Below are positions 36,243 to 46,981 of a DNA stretch of 64,000 bases, in pieces. The DNA is from Syntrophales bacterium. GTDB taxonomy: Bacteria > Desulfobacterota > Syntrophia > Syntrophales > UBA2192. Within the stretch, counting starts at the first letter, position 1. Every line of letters starts with the position of its first letter. The notes under the pieces were generated by a model. That model made no database searches. It worked only from the letters and a program-made list of their open reading frames with translations, and had not been told where the DNA came from. A program made the position numbers and the translations under genes. Location: the NCBI GenBank assembly GCA_035450185.1, contig DAOTMG010000004.1, forward strand, positions 10,046-74,045, read 5' to 3'.

Positions 36243-37130
36243 ATGAAAAATCGAAAGTTTGGCCGCATCACGTGCATCGCCGGAGAGAATGGATCTCGAT
36301 ACCCTTACTGTAATTCTCTCTATATTGATGACGAAAAGAAGGTTCTGATTGATCCGGGTTCCGATGAGACGGTGCTGAGGCGTTTGTCCTCAAGTCAAAG
36401 GGTGGACATCATTATTGCAAGCCACTACCATGAGGATCACGGATGTTATCATTATCTCTTTGAGCACTCGGAACTCTGGGTCCACGAAAGAGAAGCTCCC
36501 TGTTATCGGTCCTATGATACCTACCTGGAGTATTCCGGTCTTGTGGATAGCCCCTATCAGAAAGAGTGGCATGATCTGTTGGTAAGGAGATGCAACTTTC
36601 GGGAACGCAATCCCACGAGTGAATTCAAAGACGGCGATATCCTGGATTTCGGTCAGACGATGGTTCAAGTCATCCATACGCCGGGGCACTCGCCCGGACA
36701 CTGCTCTTTTTACTTCCCAAACGAAGGGATTCTCTTTCTTTCGGACATGGATTTATCCCCCTTCGGGCCATGGTATGGAGACCGGTTTTCCGACATCGAT
36801 CAGACCCGATCCTCGATGAATCGTCTGCTGGAACTTTCAGCCGATATCTACATTACCTCTCATGAAATCGGTGTTGTCGAGGGGGATATAACCCGTCTCG
36901 CGGCGCAATACTTGGAGGTGATCGATCAACGGGAGAAAAGACTGATCAAATTTCTCGAGCAGCCGAGAACGATGAAAGAAATCGTCAATCGCTGGCTCAT
37001 ATATGGTAGGGAGCGTAAACCTCGTTTCTTCTTCGAATTTGGAGAGAGGGCCATGATCAGAAAGCACTTGGAACGCCTCATGAAGGAGGGTCGGGTGCAA
37101 GAAAAAAATGATCGTTTTGTCCTGATGTGA
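36243..37130 (+). CDS. MBL-fold metallo-hydrolase
   Basis: 295-aa ORF with HxHxDH motif (ASHYHEDHG), TPGHSPGH and a later D/H. Confidence 0.75.
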   Translation: MKNRKFGRITCIAGENGSRYPYCNSLYIDDEKKVLIDPGSDETVLRRLSSSQRVDIIIASHYHEDHGCYHYLFEHSELWVHEREAPCYRSYDTYLEYSGLVDSPYQKEWHDLLVRRCNFRERNPTSEFKDGDILDFGQTMVQVIHTPGHSPGHCSFYFPNEGILFLSDMDLSPFGPWYGDRFSDIDQTRSSMNRLLELSADIYITSHEIGVVEGDITRLAAQYLEVIDQREKRLIKFLEQPRTMKEIVNRWLIYGRERKPRFFFEFGERAMIRKHLERLMKEGRVQEKNDRFVLM

Positions 37131-37191
37131 GGTCGTGCAGACCCTTTCTTACAGAAGCTGAGACAAAAGAGAAATAAAAAAGAGAGTTACG

Positions 37192-40100
37192 CTAAACCTC
37201 AGCGACAGAATCCAGAACCGTTTTGTTTTGTTTAACCCTGATGCCGAGTTTCTTCATTCGGTGAATTAGGGTTGTTCGGTTTAACCCTAGAAGTGTGGCG
37301 GCGCCGTCTTTTCCGCCGACTTTCCCACCGGTTTTTTTCAGTGCCTCAAGAATACGTGTTCGTTCGAGATCTTTGAGTTTTCCACTATCATCGATAAATG
37401 ACTCCCTGATCCTCACGCCTTCCAATTCCGGAAACCTGATTTTCGGTCCGCCCATGATGACGGCTCGCTCAATCATGTTTGAGAGTTCCCGAATGTTGCC
37501 GGGCCAGGTGTATGATTGCAATTTTTTCATCTCCGACTCCGGGATACCTGAATAATCTTTCTTTAAATGAGAATTATAGAGTTTAAGGAAATGAATGGCG
37601 AGATGCGGGATGTCTTCGGTTCTTTCTCTCAGGGGCGGAACGAAAATCGGAAACACATTTAATCGAAAAAGAAGGTCCGCCCGGAATTTTCCCTCGACGA
37701 CGGCCTGATTCAAATCTTTGTTCGTGGCAGTGATCAGCCGGAAATCGGACCGTAAGGTTTTCGTCCCGCCGACGCGTTGAAATTCTTTTTCTTGAAGAAT
37801 CCGCAGCAGTCTGCTCTGCGAGGAATGGGGGAGTTCAGACACTTCGTCCAAAAATATGGTGCCTCCATGGGCTAATTCGAATCGGCCCTCTTTGGTCTTC
37901 GTTGCTCCCGTAAATGCTCCCTTTTCGTAGCCGAAGAGCTCGCTGTCGATCAGCGTGTCTGGAAGTGCGGCACAGTTTACCCGGATAAACGGGCCATCTT
38001 TTCTCGGGCTTTCTCGATGAATCGCCCTGGCGACGAGTTCTTTCCCGACTCCGGTCTCCCCGTGGATGAGGACGGTAGACTGGGTGGGAGCAACCTTCTG
38101 GATAAGGCGGTGCACGTTCAGTATAGCGTTGCTTGTACCGATGATGTCACCAAAGGGCTGGAGTTCTTCCATCTCCTCGAGGTAATAAAGGTTTTCCTGG
38201 ATGAGTCTTTTGTTCAATTGAGCGATTTCATCATAGGCCTGTGCACGGTCGATGGATACGGCGATCTGTGAGGCGATGGCGGAAAGAAGCTTGATTTGAT
38301 CTGGGCCGACATCGAAAGTGAAAAATCGGCTGTCCTGATAGAGGACACCGATGATCCGCATCCCCAACTTTAAAGGTACGATGATAACGCGACGGAAATC
38401 CGCAGATCCCGCTCCGCTCGTTTCATATTGGACGATCTTTCCATTCTCGGAATCCGCGGCGGACCGGATATTCTGAAGAATACCTTCGAACAGGGGGCCT
38501 TCGATCTCCTCTTTCAAGAGGTTCCTTGAAGCAACCATTTTGAGATCTGATGTCCCCTCGCTTTTGATGAAGAGGGCTACGCGTTCCGATCCCATGAGTC
38601 GTGATATGGAGGTGGTGATACTTGTGAGAAGTATCTCGATATTTTCCTGATTGGTTAAGGCTTCACCCATTTCGACGATCAGGTCGAACAACCGGTCATC
38701 CTTTTGCCGTCTGTCCTGAGGAACCAGGTGTTGCAGATCCGGGGGGTAACAATCCCTGGCAATGGGGCTGAAAAACTCATAGGCCTTTCTGGCACAGCTT
38801 TCAGCTTTCTGCCACTCGCTCATCTGGAGAAAAAGTCTTGCCAGCTCAATTCTGATCTTCGCCAATTCGAAGGTCGCGCCCATTTGTTCGACTGTTTTTT
38901 CGAGACCGGCGAGTAGGCTGATTTTTTCCGCCATCGGTGTCTTATTTTCAATGAGACCGAGCTGAAGGCGTTGGATCATTCCATATATAAGAGGATTCAC
39001 CTCCTCCTTTTTAAGATGGTAAAGAAAATCAAAGACGGGCCTCAAATCGATGGGGGAAACGCCTTTGGAATGTAAAATGTATCCGGTATCGAGCAGGGGG
39101 TAGAAATTAAGAATATGATACCAGCTTGACTTCTTGATTTTCCAGAGCGCTTTATAGTGTTCCGCTGCTTGACCGAAGTTCCCTTCCTGACACTCAATGC
39201 CTGCCAGGCCTATCCCTGCCAGGACCTCCACCATCGGGATGTTTTCGTTCCGGGCAAACTCGAGGGCCTTTTCAAAATAAGAGCGGCTGTTCTTCCATTG
39301 TTTGATTTCCAGAAGAATAATACCCGCCGTCACGAGAGCGTAGGACAGCAGAGGAAGATTCGCGTTTTTCCGACAGTGGTACTGAATCGTTTCCGTGATA
39401 CCCAGGCCTCGCTGAGGCATACCGACCTGGGTATAGCAAAGGGCCATATTCAGGGCGATGAGCTGATGGAAATCGCTTTTGTCGGTGGACTCCAGTTTCC
39501 CCAGGGATTGCTCGTAGGCTTCAATGGCTTTAAAAAATTGTCCTTTGATGATGTATGTCAAGCCCTGAACCTTCAAGCCCCGCTTGTACAATTCTTCGTC
39601 TTCGATCTCTTTGATAATGTCCCAGCCCCGGCTGAAATGCTGAACGGCCTGTTCATACTGGAAATACATCCAGTCGTTCTGCCCGATCAGCAGCTCGAGA
39701 GAAGCCTCTGCTTTTAAATCATGAAGGCGTTGGGCTGCGCCGAGGGCAGCCCGCAGATACCGATTGATTTTTTTCAAGTCGGGATAAAAAAGTGAAAGGG
39801 ATGCTCGACGCTCGATGGCCTTTATAAAGATGAACCACATACTGTCCGACACCACCTGATTTTCGTCGACCATAAATGTTTCCACGAATTCCAGTATGGC
39901 GTCATAGAGGTGAATGGCGGACGAAATCTTGTGGCTTTGCTCTTCAAGATTCGCCGCCTTCAGGATGAAGTCAAGATCCTCTTCTCTCAACCCGACCAGA
40001 AGGCATTGTCGGGCAATGGTGAGGATCATGCCATCATCGAGGAGGGCGTTCTCTAACAAAATGGCGATCGCCTTTCGGTAACGCTTCGACAGATCATCAG

Positions 40101-40344
40101 GCGGTATCAGGTCCGTCAATTCATGCCGGGGAAAATCTGAAGACCATGCATAGCATCCCTGATCTCCCGGCTTCGGCGTGATCCACTCTTCTTTCATGAG
40201 TAATTGGATTACAGACATCAATCTCGACGGCGGGTAGAAAGATAACCAATCCACAGAGAAAAAATCTGGAAAGGCCGCAAAATCATAAAGGACATGCCTC
40301 TCATCTACGGACATTCCGGTCACGACATTTTCGATTTTTGACAT
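37192..40344 (-). CDS. large sigma-54-dependent activator (TPR/MalT-like N-region, GAF, AAA+, Fis HTH; no receiver)
   Basis: ORF 37192-40383. The start is set at ATG 40344 (GGAGGG 6 nt upstream). AAA+ core [32 protein letters not shown]-like block precedes it and a long helical-repeat N-terminus is present. C-terminal HTH: [24 protein letters not shown]. Confidence 0.85.
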   Translation of the reverse strand: MSKIENVVTGMSVDERHVLYDFAAFPDFFSVDWLSFYPPSRLMSVIQLLMKEEWITPKPGDQGCYAWSSDFPRHELTDLIPPDDLSKRYRKAIAILLENALLDDGMILTIARQCLLVGLREEDLDFILKAANLEEQSHKISSAIHLYDAILEFVETFMVDENQVVSDSMWFIFIKAIERRASLSLFYPDLKKINRYLRAALGAAQRLHDLKAEASLELLIGQNDWMYFQYEQAVQHFSRGWDIIKEIEDEELYKRGLKVQGLTYIIKGQFFKAIEAYEQSLGKLESTDKSDFHQLIALNMALCYTQVGMPQRGLGITETIQYHCRKNANLPLLSYALVTAGIILLEIKQWKNSRSYFEKALEFARNENIPMVEVLAGIGLAGIECQEGNFGQAAEHYKALWKIKKSSWYHILNFYPLLDTGYILHSKGVSPIDLRPVFDFLYHLKKEEVNPLIYGMIQRLQLGLIENKTPMAEKISLLAGLEKTVEQMGATFELAKIRIELARLFLQMSEWQKAESCARKAYEFFSPIARDCYPPDLQHLVPQDRRQKDDRLFDLIVEMGEALTNQENIEILLTSITTSISRLMGSERVALFIKSEGTSDLKMVASRNLLKEEIEGPLFEGILQNIRSAADSENGKIVQYETSGAGSADFRRVIIVPLKLGMRIIGVLYQDSRFFTFDVGPDQIKLLSAIASQIAVSIDRAQAYDEIAQLNKRLIQENLYYLEEMEELQPFGDIIGTSNAILNVHRLIQKVAPTQSTVLIHGETGVGKELVARAIHRESPRKDGPFIRVNCAALPDTLIDSELFGYEKGAFTGATKTKEGRFELAHGGTIFLDEVSELPHSSQSRLLRILQEKEFQRVGGTKTLRSDFRLITATNKDLNQAVVEGKFRADLLFRLNVFPIFVPPLRERTEDIPHLAIHFLKLYNSHLKKDYSGIPESEMKKLQSYTWPGNIRELSNMIERAVIMGGPKIRFPELEGVRIRESFIDDSGKLKDLERTRILEALKKTGGKVGGKDGAATLLGLNRTTLIHRMKKLGIRVKQNKTVLDSVAEV

Positions 40345-40408
40345 CGTCACCCTCCATTCGGGCACACCGAATCTCATATCCATATCTCACAATGGAACAA
40401 GCCTGTCA

Positions 40409-40470
40409 ACATCTGTTCAATAATTAACAGATGTCAATTTAATTTTATTGACATTATAAAAATTGACATT
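40409..40470. promoter_or_regulatory. cluster of repeats in the divergent promoter region (candidate EBP sites)
   Basis: Inverted repeat ACATCTGTT-N8-AACAGATGT (40409-40434). Three copies of ATTGACAT: 40431-40438 inverted, then 40447-40454 and 40462-40469 direct, 15 bp apart. Confidence 0.4.
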
Positions 40471-40512
40471 TCTATATGCTTGTAATTAATGCGAATTTTA
40501 CATATCAGCATC

Positions 40513-40527
40513 TGGCATGACTTTTGT
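40513..40527 (+). promoter_or_regulatory. sigma-54 (-24/-12) promoter candidate for the thiolase operon
   Basis: TGGCATGACTTTTGT has correct GG-N10-G(T) spacing, with TTGT instead of TTGC at -12. It is 41 nt upstream of ATG 40568, which has a GAGG RBS. Confidence 0.55.
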
Positions 40528-40567
40528 TCATATAAATTGTTACTTTCACTGATTGTGAGGTGAAAAA

Positions 40568-41791
40568 ATGAAAGAAGAAAACGATGTCGTAATCGTGAGT
40601 GCTGTGCGAACACCCTTCGGCCGTTTCGATGGCGTTCTCAAAACGGTACTCAGCATGGACCTCGGCGTTCTGGCTCTGAAAGAGGCCGTCCGTCGTATCA
40701 ACCTCGATCCGCGACACGTGAACGAAGTGTATTACGGCACATGCATCCCCGCGGAATATGCCATCTACACAAACGTACCGGCCCGGCAGATCACGCTGTT
40801 AGCCGGTTTTCCTGAAAACAACATTTCACTTACCATCGACAGGGCCTGCTGCTCCTCCATGACGGCCTTGCGCCTGGGTTACCGGGCCATCAAGTCAGGC
40901 GATGCCGAAATTGTTGTCGCCTCGGGAGCGGAGAATATGGGTAACGTACCCCTGATTGCCTCAGCCGAAAAGACGCGCTGGGGAAGCCGTCTGGGTCATG
41001 TGGCATTGGAAGATGTCCTATTCGAACTGGGCTACAGCCGAAAGGGGTTTGCCCCGGTGGCCACAGACGCCGGACATGTGGCCGTGGAGTTCGGCGTCAG
41101 CCGGGAGAAACAGGATACTTGGGCGCTTTCCAGCCACGAGAAGTACCACGCCGCCTATAAAGCGGGGAAGTTCGACATCGGTGGGGAGCTGATGCGTCTG
41201 GAAATCCCCGGGAAGAAGGTGCCCATTGTCCTGGAGAGGGACGAGTCTCCCCGGGACAACCTCAGCATGGAGAAGATGGCCGCCCTGAAGCCCGTGTACG
41301 GAAGCCCCACGGTGACGGCCGGAAACGCGCCGGGCCTCAATTCTGGCGCTTCGGCGGTGGTCATCATGTCCCGGAAGAGAGCGGAGTCGCTCGGCCTGAA
41401 GCCGCTGGCGACGATCGAGGCCTGCGAGGCCGCGGCGGGCAGCCCAAAGTACATGGCCTGTGTTCCCGCCCAGGCCATCGAAAAGATGTTCGCCAGGACG
41501 GGCCATCGGATCGACGACATGAGCCTCATCGAGATCAATGAGGCCTTTGCCGCCGTGACGCTGGTGTCGCTCAAGATGCTGGCCAAGGATGATTCGACGA
41601 AGTGGCAGGTCCTTCAGGACAAGACGAATGTCAACGGCGGAGCCATTGCCATCGGGCACCCCGTGGGCGCGAGCGGTGCCCGGATCACGATGACGATGAT
41701 GTACGAACTCATGCGGCGCGGCGGCGGTCTGGGCGTTGCGGCCATTTGCGGCGGTCTGTCCCAGGGCGAGGCGATCCTGATCCGGGTTTGA
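40568..41791 (+). CDS. acetyl-CoA C-acyltransferase (thiolase II type)
   Basis: 407-aa ORF with DRACCSSMTAL (active-site Cys), NVNGGAIAIGHPVGASGARI and AAICGGLSQGEA. Confidence 0.9.
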   Translation: MKEENDVVIVSAVRTPFGRFDGVLKTVLSMDLGVLALKEAVRRINLDPRHVNEVYYGTCIPAEYAIYTNVPARQITLLAGFPENNISLTIDRACCSSMTALRLGYRAIKSGDAEIVVASGAENMGNVPLIASAEKTRWGSRLGHVALEDVLFELGYSRKGFAPVATDAGHVAVEFGVSREKQDTWALSSHEKYHAAYKAGKFDIGGELMRLEIPGKKVPIVLERDESPRDNLSMEKMAALKPVYGSPTVTAGNAPGLNSGASAVVIMSRKRAESLGLKPLATIEACEAAAGSPKYMACVPAQAIEKMFARTGHRIDDMSLIEINEAFAAVTLVSLKMLAKDDSTKWQVLQDKTNVNGGAIAIGHPVGASGARITMTMMYELMRRGGGLGVAAICGGLSQGEAILIRV

Positions 41792-41835
41792 TCCATGCTA
41801 TCAGCAATCAATGAAAAGGATATCGGAGGGGAATC

Positions 41836-42309
41836 ATGACTGAATGGCTGAAAGAGGTGGAACCTTTGACCCTGAAGGGTCAGATCGCCGTTCCCTATGC
41901 CTGGTGGGTCGGGGATGTAGGGAGCCGATTTTTGGTGGCCCTTCGGGACGAACAAAAGATTCTCGGATCAAAGTGCGGGAAGTGCGGGAAGGTGTACGTG
42001 CCGCCCCGCAAGAACTGCGGCCGATGCTTTGTTGACATCGATGAATGGGTGGAAGTTGCCTCCGAGGGGACCATAGAGGCCTATACGATCGTGCATTACA
42101 GCTACGCCGTACAGCCGGTGAAGCCGCCCTTTGCCTACGCGTTGATCAGGTTGGACGGGGCGGACGTCGGTTTTCTGCACCTGATCAAGAAAGACCTGGG
42201 CAAGATTAGAAACGGTCTCAGAGTGAAGGCGGTATTCAGGAAGAAGCGCGTTGGTCAGGTCTTGGATATTGACTCCTTCGAGCTCATTGAGCCCCTCCGG
42301 AGGACGTGA
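41836..42309 (+). CDS. DUF35 OB-fold / Zn-ribbon acyl-CoA-associated protein
   Basis: 157-aa ORF with Zn ribbon CGKCGKVYVPPRKNCGRC followed by an OB-fold segment. Confidence 0.8.
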   Translation: MTEWLKEVEPLTLKGQIAVPYAWWVGDVGSRFLVALRDEQKILGSKCGKCGKVYVPPRKNCGRCFVDIDEWVEVASEGTIEAYTIVHYSYAVQPVKPPFAYALIRLDGADVGFLHLIKKDLGKIRNGLRVKAVFRKKRVGQVLDIDSFELIEPLRRT

Positions 42310-43454
42310 AAATGAACAAAGCAGCAATTATCGGTGTGGCACAGACCAAATATGAGCGAAGAAAAAAGGATCAGATCTTCGCAGACATGGTGTTCGATGT
42401 AACTCGTGCAGCTCTGGATGATGCGGGTCTTGTGCTTGATGACATCGACAGTGTCGTCACAGTGTCAAACGACTTTTTTGATGGTCGGACCATCTCGGGC
42501 ATGTCCGTCGGCGACGCTTCCGGCGGGCAGGACAAAAACATCTCGACCGTGTCAGGGGACGGCACATTCGGTGCCTTTTACGGCCTTATGAGGGTTCTTT
42601 CCGGATATCAAGCTACCATCGTGGTCGCCCACTACAAGGGTAGCGAAAGTGATGTGAAAATAACGACCAACGGAATGTTCGACCCCATTTTTCACCGCCT
42701 CTTGGGCATCGAGATGATCTCGGCGGCGGCGCTCCAGGCGAACGCCTACATGAACCGGTACGGCATCGGCGAAGAAGCGTTTGCCGAGGTTTCCGTCAAG
42801 AATCACGGCAATGCCCAAAACAATCCCTTTGCCCAGCTTCCAATGAAAATCACGGTGAAGGACGTCATGAAGTCAAGAAAGATCGCGGAGCCTCTGAAGC
42901 TCCTGGACTGCGGCCCCATCAGCGACGGGGCGGCGGCGATTGTTATCGCCGATGAAAAAATCGCAGCTCGTGGGAAAAAGAAACCCGTTTGGATCAAAGG
43001 TGTGGCGCACTGTTGCGAGGACTACTTCCTGGGGGATCGAGACCTTGCAAGCCCCGTGGCGCTCCGCGAAGCGGCAATGAAGGCATACGCCATGGCTGGC
43101 ATCAAGACCCCTTTGAAAGAGATCGACGTGGCGGAGGTGCTGGAGCCTTACAGTTACATGGAGCCTTTGTGGCTTGAGGGGCTGGGGTTCTGCGAACCCG
43201 GGGAGGGCGGAACACTGATCGGGAAAGGGATCACGACCATGGACGGCAAACTGCCCGTCAACGCCTCCGGTGGAGCGCTCTCGTCAAACCCCATCCTGGT
43301 GGCCGGCCTGGCCAGGCTGATTGAAGCGGTCTTGCAGGTTCGCGGCGAGGCCGGGGCGAGGCAGGTGAAAAAAGTCAATACGGCACTGGCACACGGCTTT
43401 AACGGAGCCTGCGGCCAGAGTCACTGTGTGTGGATCGTCGGCGGAAAGAAGTGA
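42306..43454 (+). CDS. thiolase-domain protein (SCP-x/nsLTP-type)
   Basis: 382-aa ORF overlapping the upstream stop. It has ...NASGGALSSNPILVAGL... and the thiolase fold order. Confidence 0.8.
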   Translation: MKMNKAAIIGVAQTKYERRKKDQIFADMVFDVTRAALDDAGLVLDDIDSVVTVSNDFFDGRTISGMSVGDASGGQDKNISTVSGDGTFGAFYGLMRVLSGYQATIVVAHYKGSESDVKITTNGMFDPIFHRLLGIEMISAAALQANAYMNRYGIGEEAFAEVSVKNHGNAQNNPFAQLPMKITVKDVMKSRKIAEPLKLLDCGPISDGAAAIVIADEKIAARGKKKPVWIKGVAHCCEDYFLGDRDLASPVALREAAMKAYAMAGIKTPLKEIDVAEVLEPYSYMEPLWLEGLGFCEPGEGGTLIGKGITTMDGKLPVNASGGALSSNPILVAGLARLIEAVLQVRGEAGARQVKKVNTALAHGFNGACGQSHCVWIVGGKK

Positions 43455-43462
43455 GGTGAGAT

Positions 43463-44626
43463 ATGGGAAGAAGAGTAGCGATCGTGGGAACGGGACAGAC
43501 ATATCACAAAAGCCACAGGCCCGATGTGACGTCGAAGGAGATGATCTATGAGGCCGTCACGGCGGCCCTTGCGGATGCCGAACTGGCCATCCGGGACATC
43601 GACGCTATCGTGATCGGGAACATGGACCATTTTGAGTCCATCAACTATGTGGATGCATACAGCGTCGAGGGTTCCGGCGCCTTCATGAAGCCCATCATGA
43701 AAGTCACGACGGGCGGCACGACGGGTACGACGGTGGCGATTGCGGCCTATTATCATGTGGCCTCGGGGCTTTTTGACCGGGTGATGGCCATCGGGTTCGA
43801 GAAGAACTCCGAGAGCGATACGACCGGGGCCATCATCACCTGCTCGGATGCGATATGGGACCGGTTTTCCTATTCAGGGGCGATCCCGAGCCTGGCGACG
43901 GAAGCGACCGCGTACATGGAGAAGTACGGTGCCACCCAGGAGGACGCCGCACTGATTGGAGAGCGGGATCGAAATCACGCCCTGAACAACCCCTATGCGC
44001 ATCTGCAGAAGCCCCTGACGGTGGCAGACATCATGGGTTCGCCCATGCTGGCCTACCCGATCAAGCTAGGCGACATCTGCCCGCGCAGCGACGGCGCCTG
44101 CGCCTGCATCATGGCGGCGGACGGGATTGCCCAGAAGCTCACCCGGAAGCCGGCCTGGTTCAAGGCGGCATCGGTCAGGCACACGTACACATGGTTCGGG
44201 GACTCTACAGACTACAACAAGGGGCTCGTTTCGTTGCAGCGGGCATCGAAGGAAGCCTATGATCAAGCGGGGATCACGAACCCCGTGGAGGAGATCGACG
44301 TGGCCGAGCTCTATCTCCCCTACACTTGGGCGGGACTAAAATGGATCGAGGACATCGGTTTCTGCGGGCCCGGAAAAGCGGCGAGGTTTGTGGGGGATCG
44401 GAATACCCACATGGGCGGGAAGCTTCCGATCAACCCGTCGGGAGGCGTGATCTCCACGAACTGCATCGGCGCCACGGCGCTGCTGCGGGTTGCGGAGGCG
44501 GCAATCCAGATCATGGGCAAGGGCGGCAAGAGGCAGGTGCCCGACGTAAAGAACGCGCTTGCTACAGGATTCGGGGGCTGCTTCTGGTCGGATGTCGTCA
44601 TCTTGAGCTCCGAGAGGCCGGCATAG
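43463..44626 (+). CDS. thiolase-domain protein (SCP-x/nsLTP-type), second paralog
   Basis: 387-aa ORF with ...INPSGGVISTNCIGATAL.... It is paralogous to 42306-43454. Confidence 0.8.
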   Translation: MGRRVAIVGTGQTYHKSHRPDVTSKEMIYEAVTAALADAELAIRDIDAIVIGNMDHFESINYVDAYSVEGSGAFMKPIMKVTTGGTTGTTVAIAAYYHVASGLFDRVMAIGFEKNSESDTTGAIITCSDAIWDRFSYSGAIPSLATEATAYMEKYGATQEDAALIGERDRNHALNNPYAHLQKPLTVADIMGSPMLAYPIKLGDICPRSDGACACIMAADGIAQKLTRKPAWFKAASVRHTYTWFGDSTDYNKGLVSLQRASKEAYDQAGITNPVEEIDVAELYLPYTWAGLKWIEDIGFCGPGKAARFVGDRNTHMGGKLPINPSGGVISTNCIGATALLRVAEAAIQIMGKGGKRQVPDVKNALATGFGGCFWSDVVILSSERPA

Positions 44627-44643
44627 GGAAAGGGGGAGTCGCC

Positions 44644-45123
44644 ATGCCAAAAGACAATGCACCGATCGAGCGACTGGAAACAACATTCACGTACCCGATG
44701 CCCTACGAATGGTCCGTCGGACTGTACGGGAGCCGGTTTTTTCAGGAGATCAAGAAACGCAGGCGTTTCATCGGGATCAAATGCGAAGGCTGCGGGAAGA
44801 TCTACGTGCCACCGCGGCGGGTGTGCGGCCCCTGTTTCAGGGAGCTCCATGAGCTGGTGCCGCTTTCGGACACCGGAGTCATCACGGCCTTCTCGGTGGT
44901 GAACTACCCCTTCATCGATCCGAACACGGGGAAGCAGCGCCCCATCCCCTACACCTACGGATACATCCGGCTCGACGGTGCGGACAACATCTTTTCTCAT
45001 ATTATTAACGAGATGGATTTGAACAAAATCAAGGTAGGTATGAAAGTCCGGGCCGTCTTCAAGGACAGGGAGGACATGAAAGGCAACACGGAGGACATTA
45101 AATATTTTGAAATTGTCAGGTAG
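44644..45123 (+). CDS. DUF35 OB-fold / Zn-ribbon protein, second copy
   Basis: Start at ATG 44644 (GGGGGAG upstream). Zn ribbon CEGCGKIYVPPRRVCGPC, then an OB-fold. Confidence 0.8.
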   Translation: MPKDNAPIERLETTFTYPMPYEWSVGLYGSRFFQEIKKRRRFIGIKCEGCGKIYVPPRRVCGPCFRELHELVPLSDTGVITAFSVVNYPFIDPNTGKQRPIPYTYGYIRLDGADNIFSHIINEMDLNKIKVGMKVRAVFKDREDMKGNTEDIKYFEIVR

Positions 45124-45152
45124 GACTGACGTAACAGGAAGTATGTAAGGAA

Positions 45153-46981
45153 ATGTTGCAGAAAAGACTGACGGAGAACAGGTGGTACAAGTCGACGGTG
45201 CAGGAACTTTTCTGCGAAACGTGTCAGCTGAAAAAGGACAAGAATACGATTTTTTTCAATGACCGGTGGATCAGTTACGGGGAGCTTCAGTCCAGCGTCC
45301 ATCAACACGCCCAGACCTTGATCAAATTGGGAGTCAAACGCGGCGACCGTGTGGTGATGATGCCGAGCCCCTGCCCTGGATTCACCGCTCTGCATTTCGC
45401 GACCCTGCAGATCGGTGCTGTGATCAACCCGCTGAATCTGCTTTGGGGCGTTATTGAGTTTACAGGCATCTTCCAGAGAAACGACCCGAAGGTCATCGTG
45501 ACGGTCGACAGGTACGGCGGCAGGGATTACATCAAACTGATCCGCAAGTCCATCCCGGATCTCCAGGTCGAGGGATCTTCCGTATCCGCCGGGAAAATAC
45601 CGACCCTGACGCACCTGATCAGCCTCAGCAGGCAGGGGGGAAAACACGAAGGTTTCATCGATTTCGGGGAGTTTCTGAAAAACGGCTCGGGGTACAGCGA
45701 GAAAGAGATGGCCGCCCTCACGAAGTCCGGGAAGAGCACGGACATCCAGTTCATCTGCCAGACTTCGGTCAGTACCGGTCTGTCCAAGAGCGCACTCTGG
45801 GATAACCGCCCGCCCCTTTCGACGGCCCATTTCGGCATCCGCTTTATGAACTTCACCGAGGAGGACACCTACATCAACCTCGCCCCCTATTATCACAACA
45901 GCGGCATATTTGCCCTGAACGTCGTGATTGCTCTTAGCGGCGCCCTTCTCTTTTTGAACGAAGTCTTCGATCCCAAGAAAGCCGTAGAACTCACCGACCA
46001 ATACGGCACTACGTCCAGTTTCGGCTTCGACCCTCACTGGCAGGCAATGAGAAAAGTTCTCGGCACCGGCAATTACAAGTTTACTATCCGGAAGGCCTGT
46101 ACGGCCATTACCCCGAAGACCTTTGATATGGTTCACGATGACATGTGTAAAACGAGGGACGTCAACATCGTGCAGCTTTATGCCCAGACGGAGAACGATC
46201 CCGCTGTCACGTTCGTGGAACCGGATTGCGTTCTATATGACATACGGAAATACACGAACGGCAGGCCGCTCGCCGGTGTGGAACTGGTGATCAAGGACAC
46301 CGAAACCGGAGAGAAGCTTCCACCCAATATGCAAGGTGAAATCTGCTACAGGAGCCCCTACCTCTTCAAGGGCTATTACAAGCAGGAGGGAGAGACGAGG
46401 AAGCAGTTTGACGAAGAGGGCTATTTCCCCAGCGGGGATTACGGAATCTCTGACAACGGATATGTGACCTTTCTCGGGCGTTTCGGCGGTGTCGTTAAGT
46501 CAGACGGCGAAAATGTCTCCACGACTTACGTGAACTCGCTGCTCCTCGACATATTCCCCGACGAGTTTGCGACGCTCAGACGTTCGGGGTACCCGACCCT
46601 TACTGGGGAACCAAGATCATTTCATGGGTGCGTCTGAAACCCGGGAAGGAATTGCGGCCTCTCAAAGAAATCAGGGAGAGGTGCAAAGGCAAGATGACGG
46701 AATACGAGGTTCCGAGAGAAATTCTGAAGTGGGAAGGGCAGTGGCCGATGCATTCCTCGGGTAAAATAGACGCAAAGGCCCTCCTGGAGGAAATGAAAAA
46801 AGCCTTGGGTATTTACAGGGCAGCGATCAAGCGAAAATCGATGGAAGGAAGGAAACCGGATGCCGGAACAAAAGGTCTTGATTCAGAAGAAAGAGCCCCT
46901 CTGCACGTTCACCATGAACGCCCCGAAGAAGATGAATGCTCTGGCTCGGGAGATGCTCCTGTCCCTCGAAGCCGACTTTAA
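45153..46981 (+). pseudogene. AMP-dependent acyl-CoA ligase interrupted by a frameshift near 46563-46568
   Basis: The N-terminal 470 aa are in one frame. The conserved C-terminus (CDAQTFGVPDPYWGTKIISWVRLKPGKELRPLKEIRERCKGKMTEYEVPREI...SSGKIDAKAL) continues in the +2 frame. One extra T in the TTT at 46566-46568 would restore it. The divergent P-loop (QTSVSTGLSKS) and a 122-nt overlap with the next gene are also odd. Confidence 0.6.
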
